Shown: positions 1 through 10,047 of the stretch, one piece after another
Numbering within the stretch: the stretch's first letter is position 1
How the letters are laid out: each line of letters starts with the position of its first letter
Origin: a virus
Virus record (IMG/VR): IMGVR_UViG_3300025154_000049
Span: 1 to 64,000 of that record
Length of the DNA: 64,000 bases
Strand: one strand, 5' to 3'
Translations under genes and position numbers: made by a program
Notes under the pieces: model-generated
Told to the model about the DNA's origin: nothing
Seen by the model: the letters and a program-made list of their open reading frames with translations, nothing else
Databases searched by the model: none

Positions 1-540
1 AGGAAGAAGACCTTGAACTTCTTCTCCTCCAGTTAGCATTACTTTAGTGGGATTGAATCCTAAAGCATTATGTTTGTGTATCTGAAGGTCGTCCTGAGTT
101 ACATAAACCGTAGAAGCACTCAAATTTATTGTTACTTCGGGTAAATTTACTATTTCTATTAATAACTTCTCCCTAAAATCATATACGGCTCCTTCGCTCG
201 GTACATTTTTATACACCTCTGGGTGAGCTGCTACACAGAATAGTTCATTGTTATCTGTAAATATTCCTACTTCTCTTATATAGAATCCTCCAACACTAGC
301 AGGAACTATAGTTAAAATTTCTAACCATATAGCTACATTGCTATTAATATATAATGAAGTTATATTTTGTCTATATACTTCATTAACTAAATTTTGTTGG
401 GATTGACTAGGATTTACATTAAATCCTCCTCCGTCGCCCCAAGCAAAGTATTTTAAATTGATAGGAGTTCCGTGAGCCAAACTTTCTAAAACTAAGGTTT
501 GTCCTACAGTAGTAAGTATTGGATTATAAATAGTAACCAT
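1..540 (-). CDS. Tail fibre protein, N-terminal tail-collar (DUF3751-like) domain; runs off the window edge
   Basis: Not in the ORF track. ATG at 540, open to base 1: MVTIYNPILTTVGQ...YFAWGDGGG...VPASVGGFYIREVGIFTDNNELFCVAAHPEVYK, the typical P2 gpH-type N-terminus; follows baseplate genes. Confidence 0.85.
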   Translation of the reverse strand, partial: MVTIYNPILTTVGQTLVLESLAHGTPINLKYFAWGDGGGFNVNPSQSQQNLVNEVYRQNITSLYINSNVAIWLEILTIVPASVGGFYIREVGIFTDNNELFCVAAHPEVYKNVPSEGAVYDFREKLLIEIVNLPEVTINLSASTVYVTQDDLQIHKHNALGFNPTKVMLTGGEEVQGLLP

Positions 541-597
541 AATTTGTATCCTCTATATGTAAATAACTTTTATAATATATATATAAAAACCGTCCGC

Positions 598-1305
598 TCA
601 CCAATTCCATTTGGATGTATCCCAATCTGAAATATCCCAAATCATAAAATCTATTCCGAAATACCATTTTTTCTCATCCCAGTTAAACACGTCCCATATA
701 AGGTATTCGGTGTCTGGATAAGCTGTATACATTAACGTACCCTGACTCGCAATTCCTATATAGTATGTAGACTTGTCTAAAGCGAATTCTAAGGTAAGTT
801 TATTTATAATAGGATAAATATAATTCCTAGCAAAATTTACTATCTTATCTACAACTTCAAAACCTCTAACTTTAGTAGGGCTAAAAGATACTAAATCCAA
901 AGAAATGGTATGAGGCTCTCCTACTGGAGTTTGTTCATACCAATCAGATAATTCAAAATCTATATCTAAAAGTTTTAAAGCAAACTCAAAACCTTTTCTG
1001 CTCCCCTTATTGATATGTATAAAATTTATAAAAGATAAAAATGTCCTTACTGACTCTTCCTCTAAGTAAAGAGTATCTATTATATACCCGTAACCAAATT
1101 CATTAATCAGAGAATACACATCCTCCAAAGGAATATCTTTTAAACTTCTATATTTACTCTTAACAGAGTAAAATCTTTGAGCTAATTTATCAGAGTATGG
1201 ATAATCAACACTAAGAAGCCAATCTACAGAGTCTGCAAATTGTTGCATAGTTTCTTCTTCTCTTCTATTTTCGGGTATCCATTTTCTTATTGAATGATTA
1301 AACAT
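598..1305 (-). CDS. Baseplate wedge protein (P2 gpI / T4 gp7-like)
   Basis: HINKGSRKGFEFAL...DWYEQTPVGEPHT resembles Tail_P2_I; lies between gp6-like and fibre genes; Trp-Asp-rich C-terminus. Confidence 0.75.
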   Translation of the reverse strand: MFNHSIRKWIPENRREEETMQQFADSVDWLLSVDYPYSDKLAQRFYSVKSKYRSLKDIPLEDVYSLINEFGYGYIIDTLYLEEESVRTFLSFINFIHINKGSRKGFEFALKLLDIDFELSDWYEQTPVGEPHTISLDLVSFSPTKVRGFEVVDKIVNFARNYIYPIINKLTLEFALDKSTYYIGIASQGTLMYTAYPDTEYLIWDVFNWDEKKWYFGIDFMIWDISDWDTSKWNW

Positions 1306-1339
1306 GTCTTTATAAAATCCACCCTCCCGAATTCCTACC

Positions 1340-1350
1340 TATAATATAAA
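1340..1350 (-). promoter_or_regulatory. Phage late promoter motif TTTATATTATA
   Basis: Exact copy upstream of the 598..1305 gene; one of 22 exact copies. Confidence 0.75.
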
Positions 1351-1351
1351 T

Positions 1352-1380
1352 AAAAAACCGTTGATTGATGGTTCAACGGT
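1352..1380 (-). terminator. Intrinsic terminator
   Basis: ACCGTTGA stem plus T-run on the minus strand after the gp6-like gene. Confidence 0.7.
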
Positions 1381-1416
1381 CAAAACCTTTATACATCTCT
1401 TACCTTTGGTAAGAGA

Positions 1417-3528
1417 CTATACTATGGCTACATTGGTTTTAATTTTTATATATTCATTCCAATTATATTGGAATAAGATATTATCACTATCATAGTACTT
1501 CCAAAGGATACCTCCATCCTTAGTAAGAGTATCTTCCATAACTAAATCTCCTCCCACATTACTAGTAGGAATAGGATTAGATACTTGTACTACGGTGTTA
1601 CCACTAGATATTGTAGCTGAAATAACATTATAATATCCATCATTTCCGTTAGAACTCTGAACCCTCACTACGTCATTAGGTAGAAAATGAGATGTCTTAT
1701 CTCCAGAAACAGTAAAAGTATACGGACTAGAATTATTAACAGCTATTATAGAGTACCTATCTGTGGTTTTAAATAAGGGTAAAGAACTATTGGAAGAATC
1801 TAAAAACCCTACGCACTCATAAGAGAAATTACCAGACAACACCGAATCCCCTATTTGATAGTGATGATTAGCTTGCCAGTTTGGGTCTCCCTCTACCTTG
1901 GTCTTACATACCCATATTATGTCGTTGTCCTCGGTAAAATCACCTAGTGTGGTAGTAAATGTAGGAATAGAAGAACCAGAATACTTAACAATATCTACAA
2001 GCTCAAACATAACATCTATAGATAAAGCATTTATTAAAGTACCTTGAACTAAATCGCCCAATTTATAATATCTGCTAGGGTACCATGTAGGAACTAGCTT
2101 ACCGTATCTTTGTATACATTTCCATGTCATTCCATTATCTATAATTAAATCTCCATCAACATAAGACCAAGCGGGTTCTGTAGCTCCCGATTGTTGTATA
2201 AAATCAGAAGCCATATATATTTTTCCGTTATCTGGGGAGAGAGTTATGAAATCTCCCAATCTGTATTTAGTACTATTGTCTCTAACTGTGGTATTAACAG
2301 TTACTCTGGTTCTTTTTATATAAGAAAAATTATCCATATCGTGTTCTAATTGTTCTAAATCAAATTCAGTACTTAGAGATTTCTCATAAGCAGACATTAA
2401 AGAAGCTACATCACTTTCTACATCAGTTATGGCTATTACATTATTAAGATACTTTCTTAAGTTAAAATTCAATTCTAATTTAAAATGTCTGGGGTCTGAT
2501 ATTCTAGGCATAGGAACTCCCATAGCCCTTCTTATATCCAAAGAACTAAGAACACTAGACTTCTCATCATCTGTCATAATAGTATAGTCATTCTTAATAT
2601 AAGTCAAATTTACTATAGCTGGAGAAAAATCAGTACTATTAGTATCTGCAAAGTTATATCCTAAATTTCTAAATTCTTTCAAATAGTCATTTCTAGCTCT
2701 TATAAGTACTTGTGTTTCGTGATACAAAGGAGCATTTACCCTTATACTATCGTTACTCTCTGGAGCTATATATGGAAAAGTACTAGTTACTGAAGTTACG
2801 GAACCAAAGTCAAATTTAATATCTGATAGAGAATAAGATACGGTAGCTAACTCTATGTACTGAAGCGTTAATGTATCTGAGGGAGAATATAAATAGCTAC
2901 CCTCTTGTATGTATGAAACATCTACAGCTCCTAGAGGATTAGACAAAGCTACATACATATCGTTAAATAAGTCTTTAAGATTGCTACTGAGAGGAACTAT
3001 TGTTCCATTCAATAGTATCCTTATGTAATCACTCACATTTTCAGATATAAATCTAAAAACTTTCAATTTGTCTGTGTCTACTATCAAATCTTCTGTTTTT
3101 AAATTACCTATATATACTTTGATAGTGGAAGCTACGTTTTTATTTAATTGTGTTTTATCTACTGTTATGATTTCTAAGTTTTGTATAGTTCCCACTTGAG
3201 TGTATTCTGGAATAAATCCAGTAGTATTAGGTATTATATTTAATTCTATTATCTCATTCTTACCCCTGATTACAGAATATCCTAAGTTCTGAGATATTCC
3301 TACCAAAGAAGTTCTATTTTGTGCATAAGTAATATAGTTCTCTCGTCTAGCTATGGTAACTAGATAAGATATAAATGAAGCAAAAGCTGATAACAGTCTT
3401 ATTAACAACCTACCTGTAGAAGATTCGTAAAAATCTTTCCACTTCTGAGATTGGGCTTGACTATTATAGTACTCAGTCAAACTATCAAATATCTGAGAAA
3501 ACGATAATGAATCTAATTTAATAACCAT
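1417..3528 (-). CDS. gp6: Baseplate wedge subunit (T4 gp6-like) with inserted CBM-like repeats and a shared beta module
   Basis: SLSFSQI..WKDFYESSTG..RENYITYAQNRTS..LGY and PESNDSIRVNAP..RARNDY gp6 motifs; W-x5-Y-x2-GD-x-V repeats in the C-terminal half. Confidence 0.85.
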   Translation of the reverse strand: MVIKLDSLSFSQIFDSLTEYYNSQAQSQKWKDFYESSTGRLLIRLLSAFASFISYLVTIARRENYITYAQNRTSLVGISQNLGYSVIRGKNEIIELNIIPNTTGFIPEYTQVGTIQNLEIITVDKTQLNKNVASTIKVYIGNLKTEDLIVDTDKLKVFRFISENVSDYIRILLNGTIVPLSSNLKDLFNDMYVALSNPLGAVDVSYIQEGSYLYSPSDTLTLQYIELATVSYSLSDIKFDFGSVTSVTSTFPYIAPESNDSIRVNAPLYHETQVLIRARNDYLKEFRNLGYNFADTNSTDFSPAIVNLTYIKNDYTIMTDDEKSSVLSSLDIRRAMGVPMPRISDPRHFKLELNFNLRKYLNNVIAITDVESDVASLMSAYEKSLSTEFDLEQLEHDMDNFSYIKRTRVTVNTTVRDNSTKYRLGDFITLSPDNGKIYMASDFIQQSGATEPAWSYVDGDLIIDNGMTWKCIQRYGKLVPTWYPSRYYKLGDLVQGTLINALSIDVMFELVDIVKYSGSSIPTFTTTLGDFTEDNDIIWVCKTKVEGDPNWQANHHYQIGDSVLSGNFSYECVGFLDSSNSSLPLFKTTDRYSIIAVNNSSPYTFTVSGDKTSHFLPNDVVRVQSSNGNDGYYNVISATISSGNTVVQVSNPIPTSNVGGDLVMEDTLTKDGGILWKYYDSDNILFQYNWNEYIKIKTNVAIV

Positions 3529-3537
3529 TTTATATAT

Positions 3538-3900
3538 CTAACCCCTAACTGTTTCTACAACTGAAAATTTTTCAGTAAATCCTTTTATCTTGAAATAGAT
3601 AAAAGCTTTATAAGCATTATTATCTATGTCTGTAACAACCCTAGACATATTCATATCTAACAATACTCTATCATCCCAAAAAGTTATATTATTTACTATA
3701 TCCTGAAAAAGTATTATAGCATTTGTATCATCTATAACATCAAAAAGATAATCATCCCTCTCAAATCCAAAATCTGGAAGATACAGTACTTCCGTCTTTC
3801 TGGTTTTTATTATACTACTAATACTCTGAATTACAGAATCTAAATCTATAACTTCAGGTCTTTTGTAGGAATCATTAGCATTTATATCAGAATACAACAT
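3538..3900 (-). CDS. gp25: Baseplate gp25-like sheath initiator
   Basis: YSDIN..SVIQSISSIIKTRKTEVLYLPDFG..WDDRV pattern. Confidence 0.85.
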   Translation of the reverse strand: MLYSDINANDSYKRPEVIDLDSVIQSISSIIKTRKTEVLYLPDFGFERDDYLFDVIDDTNAIILFQDIVNNITFWDDRVLLDMNMSRVVTDIDNNAYKAFIYFKIKGFTEKFSVVETVRG

Positions 3901-3940
3901 TTATTTTCTCTTTCGTTAAACTTCTACATATAATATAAAT

Positions 3941-4657
3941 CTATAGAGGGGGAGAAGTTGTACCGCCTTGAGGGTCGATGTGTATATGACTTTTTCCAGA
4001 TTTACCACTAGAAATATTATCATTGGCTGTAACAGTTCCAACAACATTAACAGCTCCTCCTATGTTGACATCTCCCGATATATTAGTAGTGGTAGCTGTT
4101 ATATTATATACAGTAGTTATTAAATCGGTGGTTCCATCAGGATTCATCCTCAAAACATTACCAGAGACTTGAAAAATATCTATCGTAGTATCTTGATGAA
4201 TTTTAACATAGTTACCCGAAGGATGTAAAAATTCCCAAGTTTGTTTTTGTTTGTTGATTCTAAAGGTGGTTCCAGTAGGGTCAACAAACCCATAAGAATG
4301 AGGGTAGTCCTCATCAAAGGCAGTAGTTCTAGTTTCTAAAGAAGTAACCCCTCCTTTATAATATCCGAAATAGGGGTCTGAGGTAGGATATTCAACAGTT
4401 ACTTTAGTTCCTATATCTGGTACTGAAAACATTCCAGAGTTAGTACTATTGCCTAAAAATGAAGAGGGTACCTGATTTATCCAAGGTAAGTCGTCGTCTG
4501 GAATATACTCAGACGTTCCTACAAATCCGTGATACTGAGGAACTCTAACTCTAACTCTACCTAATTTTAAAGGGTCATTATTGTCTGTTATAGTTCCCTC
4601 AAACGAAGATGTCTTTCTATTTTTATCTTTAAGCCATATAAGAGGTTTAGCTAACAT
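3941..4657 (-). CDS. Baseplate central spike (gp5 OB-fold / gpV-like)
   Basis: DNNDPLKLGRVRVRVP..LPW..VPDIGTKV OB-fold; C-terminal HIH metal-binding spike tip. Confidence 0.9.
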   Translation of the reverse strand: MLAKPLIWLKDKNRKTSSFEGTITDNNDPLKLGRVRVRVPQYHGFVGTSEYIPDDDLPWINQVPSSFLGNSTNSGMFSVPDIGTKVTVEYPTSDPYFGYYKGGVTSLETRTTAFDEDYPHSYGFVDPTGTTFRINKQKQTWEFLHPSGNYVKIHQDTTIDIFQVSGNVLRMNPDGTTDLITTVYNITATTTNISGDVNIGGAVNVVGTVTANDNISSGKSGKSHIHIDPQGGTTSPPL

Positions 4658-4658
4658 A

Positions 4659-6713
4659 CTAAATTATCTCCAGTGTTATTTTGTTTGAAAATTTTACATT
4701 ACTACGATATATTATATAATCGTAATATTTGTTATTTATTTTTATACTCTTATAATTAACCTTAAAACTTTTCTTATCCACGATATCTTCGTCTGGAAGA
4801 TAAACTTTATAGTCTTCCCCATCAACCCTAACAGTTCCTACTTCCATATAAGATGGATAGGCTATGTACACATATCCTTTAGGAACGAATATTTTATGTA
4901 TATATCTTCTTATGCTTTCATCACTGTACAGTTGTTTTAATTCATCTTCATTGATATTAATATCATTATAGGAGCCCCAATATCTTCTGAATACTGCTGA
5001 ATCCTGTTGATTTATTATAGCTCCGTCTTTAAGATATGCTAATGTTTCTAATAAAAGATTATTCAAACTAGCATTTCCTGTCTCTACAGTATCTGTTAAT
5101 TTATCCTGTACATACCACCCGAAGGTACTAGCAGTATATTCGGTTGCTTTCAAGGAGGTAGCTCCCATATTAGGTATAACTAAATAACCCATATCTATGA
5201 AACTATCGTAAGTTCCTGAAGTTAGTTCTAATATGATAGAATTATCCTCTGAAAGATATACCGTCTCTCCTCTAGTCGATAAATAATCAAAGGTAGTCTT
5301 AAGTATATCAAATATTAAACTATCCGATAAAGAGCTTAAAACATGTTCTAACTTAATCCAAATTCCATTATCATCAAATCCAAATAAAGTGGAGGTTAAA
5401 CTTTCTAACTCCTGAGCAAGTATTCTTATATTAGGTAAATTTAATTTTAGTCCTTTTAAGGATAATAAGTCTTTTATTTGATTCATTACATCATTTATTT
5501 TAGATATAGCTTGTGTATAATCATTATTCTCTTGTACCTCCAAAGACACGCTATTCACCTCCCTAGTATAATCAATTAATTCATTAAAAGACTCTCTAGT
5601 AAGAACTAGATGAGTTTGAAAATTTTTATTTTCTCCTATAGTTCTAACAACTTTAGATATTAGATATTTCCCAGAATATAATCCCTCTGTTATATTAATA
5701 TTACTATCGGTACCCTCTAGGTACTCTACCATATCTAAAACATGTAAATCCTCTATATATTTACCAATAAAGGATACGGTTAATCTAGCAGTCGACAAGT
5801 TAATCAAACTTGATATATTATGTAGATAGTTATTCCAATATCCAGAAAAAACATTATCGTTAGAAAGAAAATCATAACCATCTTTTCTTTCTACATTAAA
5901 AGAATCTAAATCAGAGGTCATGGCTATAATAGGGGATTGGGTAAACTTTACCTCTTGATAACCTCCCTTAATCATATCATAAACCCTGTTTATTCTATTT
6001 TGAACCATACTATTAACTGCCCCAGCATCGTTAGTTATTTCTGGAGTACCATTTATCCGTATATCATTTGAGTTAATTGCAGGTCTGTTACTTAACCTAT
6101 ACTTGGGTTTACTTTTCACTTGAGTATCAGAATTAAATAATCTGAATGCTCCGTTCTTAGTAATAGCTACCAAAGGAATAGCCTTATTAGATAATCCCAT
6201 CCTATACCAAATATCGGTTATAAATTCCCTATAACTTTTTCTACAGCATAACCATTTTTGTAATCCTGAATCTTCCCCATCTATATTTGTTTCAAAAGTG
6301 AAAAACCTAGATACTACTTGTTTTATGGCTCCAAATCCAGATACTTCAGTATTTGAGTCAGAAGTAACAGATTCTGTATGGCTTCCCTTCATATATCCTA
6401 AAGCATCGTAGAATCCAGATATCTCTATATAAAATCTATTCTGTCCGTAATTCTGTAAATCTTTTTTAAATATTCTTAGGGGTATCGAGACTTTATCCTC
6501 GTCAGAACTTCCTATAGTTATTCTTATAACATTATTTTCTATTAAATAACTTCTTAGTTCTGGAATAGAAAAACGGAACTTCAAGTCAAAACTAGGAAGA
6601 GTGTTACCTGCTTCCTCTATTAAAGTAAATTCTACAAGGTCTCTGGATTCTATAAAATCCTTATAGTTACCTACTTGCATATCAAAAATATATTGTCCTT
6701 GAATTTCTATCAT
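4659..6713 (-). CDS. Baseplate hub protein (gp27/gpD-like) with a long C-terminal extension
   Basis: Position between gp53-like and spike genes; LYSGKYLISKVVRTI..LTRES hub C-terminal motif near aa 345-375. Confidence 0.65.
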   Translation of the reverse strand: MIEIQGQYIFDMQVGNYKDFIESRDLVEFTLIEEAGNTLPSFDLKFRFSIPELRSYLIENNVIRITIGSSDEDKVSIPLRIFKKDLQNYGQNRFYIEISGFYDALGYMKGSHTESVTSDSNTEVSGFGAIKQVVSRFFTFETNIDGEDSGLQKWLCCRKSYREFITDIWYRMGLSNKAIPLVAITKNGAFRLFNSDTQVKSKPKYRLSNRPAINSNDIRINGTPEITNDAGAVNSMVQNRINRVYDMIKGGYQEVKFTQSPIIAMTSDLDSFNVERKDGYDFLSNDNVFSGYWNNYLHNISSLINLSTARLTVSFIGKYIEDLHVLDMVEYLEGTDSNINITEGLYSGKYLISKVVRTIGENKNFQTHLVLTRESFNELIDYTREVNSVSLEVQENNDYTQAISKINDVMNQIKDLLSLKGLKLNLPNIRILAQELESLTSTLFGFDDNGIWIKLEHVLSSLSDSLIFDILKTTFDYLSTRGETVYLSEDNSIILELTSGTYDSFIDMGYLVIPNMGATSLKATEYTASTFGWYVQDKLTDTVETGNASLNNLLLETLAYLKDGAIINQQDSAVFRRYWGSYNDININEDELKQLYSDESIRRYIHKIFVPKGYVYIAYPSYMEVGTVRVDGEDYKVYLPDEDIVDKKSFKVNYKSIKINNKYYDYIIYRSNVKFSNKITLEII

Positions 6714-6720
6714 GATTATC

Positions 6721-7053
6721 CTATTGAAGACTTTTTAAACTATAGTATAAAGATTCTAAGTCAGATACACTAAAATAGTTTAACAATCTCCCCGTTTTTA
6801 ATTCTGATAAATCTATTATATTATTATACAACATTATTAAATGAGTATATATTACAGTATCATATATTCTATACGATATTAAGTCTGGTCTTTCCTCTTC
6901 TACGGTTATAGTAAAAACTCCTTTTACTGGAAGATTTTTAAAATTTTCTAAAAAATAAGAATCCAATACGTCAAAATTATCATCTTTCCAAGGAAGAAGT
7001 TTTCCTAAATCATATCTCTCCTTACTTATATATTCTGGGTTGACAAAAAACAT
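6721..7053 (-). CDS. Baseplate wedge gp53-like (LysM-like) protein
   Basis: EERPDLISYRIY..LIMLYNNI motif. Confidence 0.8.
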   Translation of the reverse strand: MFFVNPEYISKERYDLGKLLPWKDDNFDVLDSYFLENFKNLPVKGVFTITVEEERPDLISYRIYDTVIYTHLIMLYNNIIDLSELKTGRLLNYFSVSDLESLYYSLKSLQ

Positions 7054-7736
7054 TATTGTATCTCCATATTTGGTGTTTGTAAAAACATAGACTGCATTTC
7101 ATCATAGTAGGGAAGTCTGGTAGGACTTAAAGTAACTGTAAGTTTAGTCCAATATGGCTGACCATCAGGAGTAAGGGTAGTGGAGTATTCTGGTCTAAAA
7201 CCTTTAATTAAAAGATTCATAGCTCTAAACCATTGACCTATAGTCAATATCACTGTTCCTTTTAATGGTTTCCTATTAATACCTATATTATTACCATATT
7301 GTGCTAAGTTGACTGGTTGGTACCCCCAATGATATTTAACAGCTACAGGAACTCCTAATACTGGAGAATTCTCTGGATAAATAGCTTGGTATAGTTTATT
7401 AACTATCTCTGTTGGTTTAATAGTACTGTTAGTTGCTATGATATAAAAGCTAAGATTGAATACAGGTATATTGGCTCCAGTCCACTGCTGAGTAGTGTCT
7501 AGGTGATTCAATATTTGAATGTCGCTTCCTAGCCTAGCTAACCATTGATTAGCTTTAGTAGAATATTCTCTTCCGAATAACTGGTCAGACCAGTTAGCTT
7601 CGTTTTGAAAATCAAAAGGTCCCTCAAGATACCCCAAAATAACATTACCTTGGTCTGGTTCTCCTCCAGTTTGTTTTGGTAGTATTAATTTTACCTTTAG
7701 TCTATCATCATTTATAACTCTATCGAAAATATTCAT
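7053..7736 (-). CDS. Baseplate tail-tube cap / initiator (gp48-like)
   Basis: Gene order; FNLSFY and DGQPYWTKLTVTL tube-fold motifs. Confidence 0.55.
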   Translation of the reverse strand: MNIFDRVINDDRLKVKLILPKQTGGEPDQGNVILGYLEGPFDFQNEANWSDQLFGREYSTKANQWLARLGSDIQILNHLDTTQQWTGANIPVFNLSFYIIATNSTIKPTEIVNKLYQAIYPENSPVLGVPVAVKYHWGYQPVNLAQYGNNIGINRKPLKGTVILTIGQWFRAMNLLIKGFRPEYSTTLTPDGQPYWTKLTVTLSPTRLPYYDEMQSMFLQTPNMEIQ

Positions 7737-9901
7737 TATGCTATATCCCCATAATCTATATGATGATTAAGTAATTCGTTGTCTGATTTTAATTTTCTAG
7801 TTGATTTATCTTTAGCTGGCTGAGGAATAGGTATCATCTGAGCTTTATTATCCGCTATATTTCCTACTGTCTGAGATATGGATTTTTGTTCTGGCATAGT
7901 AGCTACTTCGTTACCTATGTTTGAAAACTCGGCAGGATTTTTCACCCATTTATTTTGACCCCCTACATCGTAAGTTAATACGTCAGATGCGTTTAAGCTC
8001 TTCATCTCTCCTGTAGTTTTATTGGAGGCTAAAACTTTATAATTACCATCTTTATCCTGAGTTATGTTCTTAATATTGTATTTATTTTTAAAGTTATCGT
8101 AGTTAGTTGTATCTACTGCCTGTCCTTTATTAGATAATGCTAATTTTGTAGTATCCACGTTACTGGCATCCATCATAAATTTTTGTCTTTGCTCCCAAAT
8201 AGACGGACTAGCAGAGGATAATTTATCCCCCAATGAACTAACAGTACTTTTATTCTTTTGATAGGCTGGAATTACCTTTGTGGGGTCTATAGCTTTTCCA
8301 GAAGTATCCCTTACTTTATAATGTAGAACAGATTGACCCTTTCCTACTCCCACAACTCTACCAGTAGTCCCAGTCTCTCCTACAACCCCTCCAGTAGGTA
8401 CTATGTCTCCGAGTTTAACATTCTGTTTACTTAAGTGAGAAAAAGATTCAGTAGTTCCTTTGGGATTTTTAACAAAGACATAGTTACCTGAAAGTTTATC
8501 GCTTCCTATTTTTGTAACTTTCCCGCCCCCCAAAGATGATTTAACTGGACTTCCATAAGGCTGTGCTAAATCTAGGGCACCATGTATTCCATAGTCTCTA
8601 GGCGAACTAAAAGTATCTGTTATTTTTCCTTTAGTGGGTAATAGCCCTTTTAACCCCTTAAGAATTCCAGCACCCACTCCAGTATACTCACTTTGTACTT
8701 GAGCTGGGGTTTTGCCCTGTCTTTTAGCCATGGCATCTATTCCCTTACCAGCAGTATTAGTAGCATTACTTAGAGCTATTCCTCCTCCCACCACTAGAGC
8801 TCCTCCCGCTAAATAAGGAAGTAATGGAGCCAATGCTCCAGCAGCAGCGGTTAATTTAGGTAAATCTGTAGCTGGATTAAAATTCTTTACCATATCCCCA
8901 ACACCTTTACCCATCATTTCAGCAGAGGAGAAAACAGCGGGACTAGCTCCTCTTAACATTGGATTTTCAGCCATGCCTAAAGCAGCGGTTTTCCCTGTCA
9001 TTACTACTGCAAAATCTGCTAAATCAGCAGTAGTCTTTTTAAGCTCTCTAGCTAAATGTGATACTGCTCCCCCTTCATCTTTGCCTTTTCCTCCCTTGCC
9101 TCCAGTTTCCCCCTGTTCTTCCAGATAACCTTCTATCTTATCATTACTTCTTTGATTATCGGTTAATAGTCTAACTACCTCTTCTAAAGATACGTTAGCT
9201 TCTTTCAAATCAGTATCTAATTTCTTATAAGGGGCAAAGGTAGCAGTTTTAAATTCCTTCTCGTTTTCTGCATAATATTCTAAATTTTTATCTAGCTCCA
9301 TTAAAATATTTACAATCTTCTCATCATTAACTTTACCCGTCTTTAAAGTACTATCTAACAATCCTTTGAGTTCTTTGCTCAAAGCTAAATCCTCATCAGA
9401 ATAATCTCTGAGAAAACTAAACAGGTCTAATTTAAAATCATTACTAATCTTCTCATCTTTAACCATCTTCTTAAAATTAGTCAAGATATCTTTTATAGGC
9501 ACTCCTATCTGTTCTTGACTATCCGACAAAGCATCTTTCATAGTCTGTACAAATTTAGCTAGTTCTTTTTTCTCTTCTAACTGTAATCTCTGTCCAGATA
9601 CATATCTATCCATAGTTTTTTTAAAGTTACCGTCTATCTTAGTCATGAGGTCTATTAACTTTAAAAATCCCTTATCGTCATTAAGACTCTCTTCTCTTCC
9701 CTTTTTACTAGAAACTTTATCTTTATTGTAAGAATTCTCCAATAATTTATAATAGAGAACCATTTGTTTTATAAGTTTGTCTAATTTATCATTAGTGGCT
9801 TTCTCCCTTTGTTCCATGCCAGAAAACATCTTCGACATTGAAGATGTTAAATCCAAAAATGGATTATTCTTTATTGGTTCTTTTGGTTCGTTTAAAGCCA
9901 T
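7736..9901 (-). CDS. Tape measure protein with M23 peptidase domain
   Basis: Helical N-half, hydrophobic Ala/Gly segment, HGALD...H.S...LHY M23 motifs. Start moved to ATG 9901 (AGGA SD) from the track GTG 9940. Confidence 0.75.
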   Translation of the reverse strand: MALNEPKEPIKNNPFLDLTSSMSKMFSGMEQREKATNDKLDKLIKQMVLYYKLLENSYNKDKVSSKKGREESLNDDKGFLKLIDLMTKIDGNFKKTMDRYVSGQRLQLEEKKELAKFVQTMKDALSDSQEQIGVPIKDILTNFKKMVKDEKISNDFKLDLFSFLRDYSDEDLALSKELKGLLDSTLKTGKVNDEKIVNILMELDKNLEYYAENEKEFKTATFAPYKKLDTDLKEANVSLEEVVRLLTDNQRSNDKIEGYLEEQGETGGKGGKGKDEGGAVSHLARELKKTTADLADFAVVMTGKTAALGMAENPMLRGASPAVFSSAEMMGKGVGDMVKNFNPATDLPKLTAAAGALAPLLPYLAGGALVVGGGIALSNATNTAGKGIDAMAKRQGKTPAQVQSEYTGVGAGILKGLKGLLPTKGKITDTFSSPRDYGIHGALDLAQPYGSPVKSSLGGGKVTKIGSDKLSGNYVFVKNPKGTTESFSHLSKQNVKLGDIVPTGGVVGETGTTGRVVGVGKGQSVLHYKVRDTSGKAIDPTKVIPAYQKNKSTVSSLGDKLSSASPSIWEQRQKFMMDASNVDTTKLALSNKGQAVDTTNYDNFKNKYNIKNITQDKDGNYKVLASNKTTGEMKSLNASDVLTYDVGGQNKWVKNPAEFSNIGNEVATMPEQKSISQTVGNIADNKAQMIPIPQPAKDKSTRKLKSDNELLNHHIDYGDIA

Positions 9902-9906
9902 GATTC

Positions 9907-10047
9907 CTATTTCTTTTTCTCTTTTATTAAGGATTCCCACATATATAATATTTCTGAATAAGGTATATCCATAATATTTACAATATCTGCTACTTCATTT
10001 CTAGCCAAATGATATTTCATTTCTAATATCATATTCCTGTCCACGAA
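9907..10047 (-). CDS. Overlapping +1-frame ORF (46 aa); probable frameshift extension of the gp26-like chaperone (gp51/GT-like)
   Basis: Not in the track: FVDRNMILEMKYHLARNEVADIVNIMDIPYSEILYMWESLIKEKKK*, entered at CCC TTT CGT; fills the gap to the tape measure gene. Confidence 0.65.
   Translation of the reverse strand, partial: FVDRNMILEMKYHLARNEVADIVNIMDIPYSEILYMWESLIKEKKK

Noticed and set aside
9902-9940. GTG start at 9940 for the tape measure gene
   Set aside because: It overlaps the frameshift ORF and has no SD; ATG 9901 has AGGA
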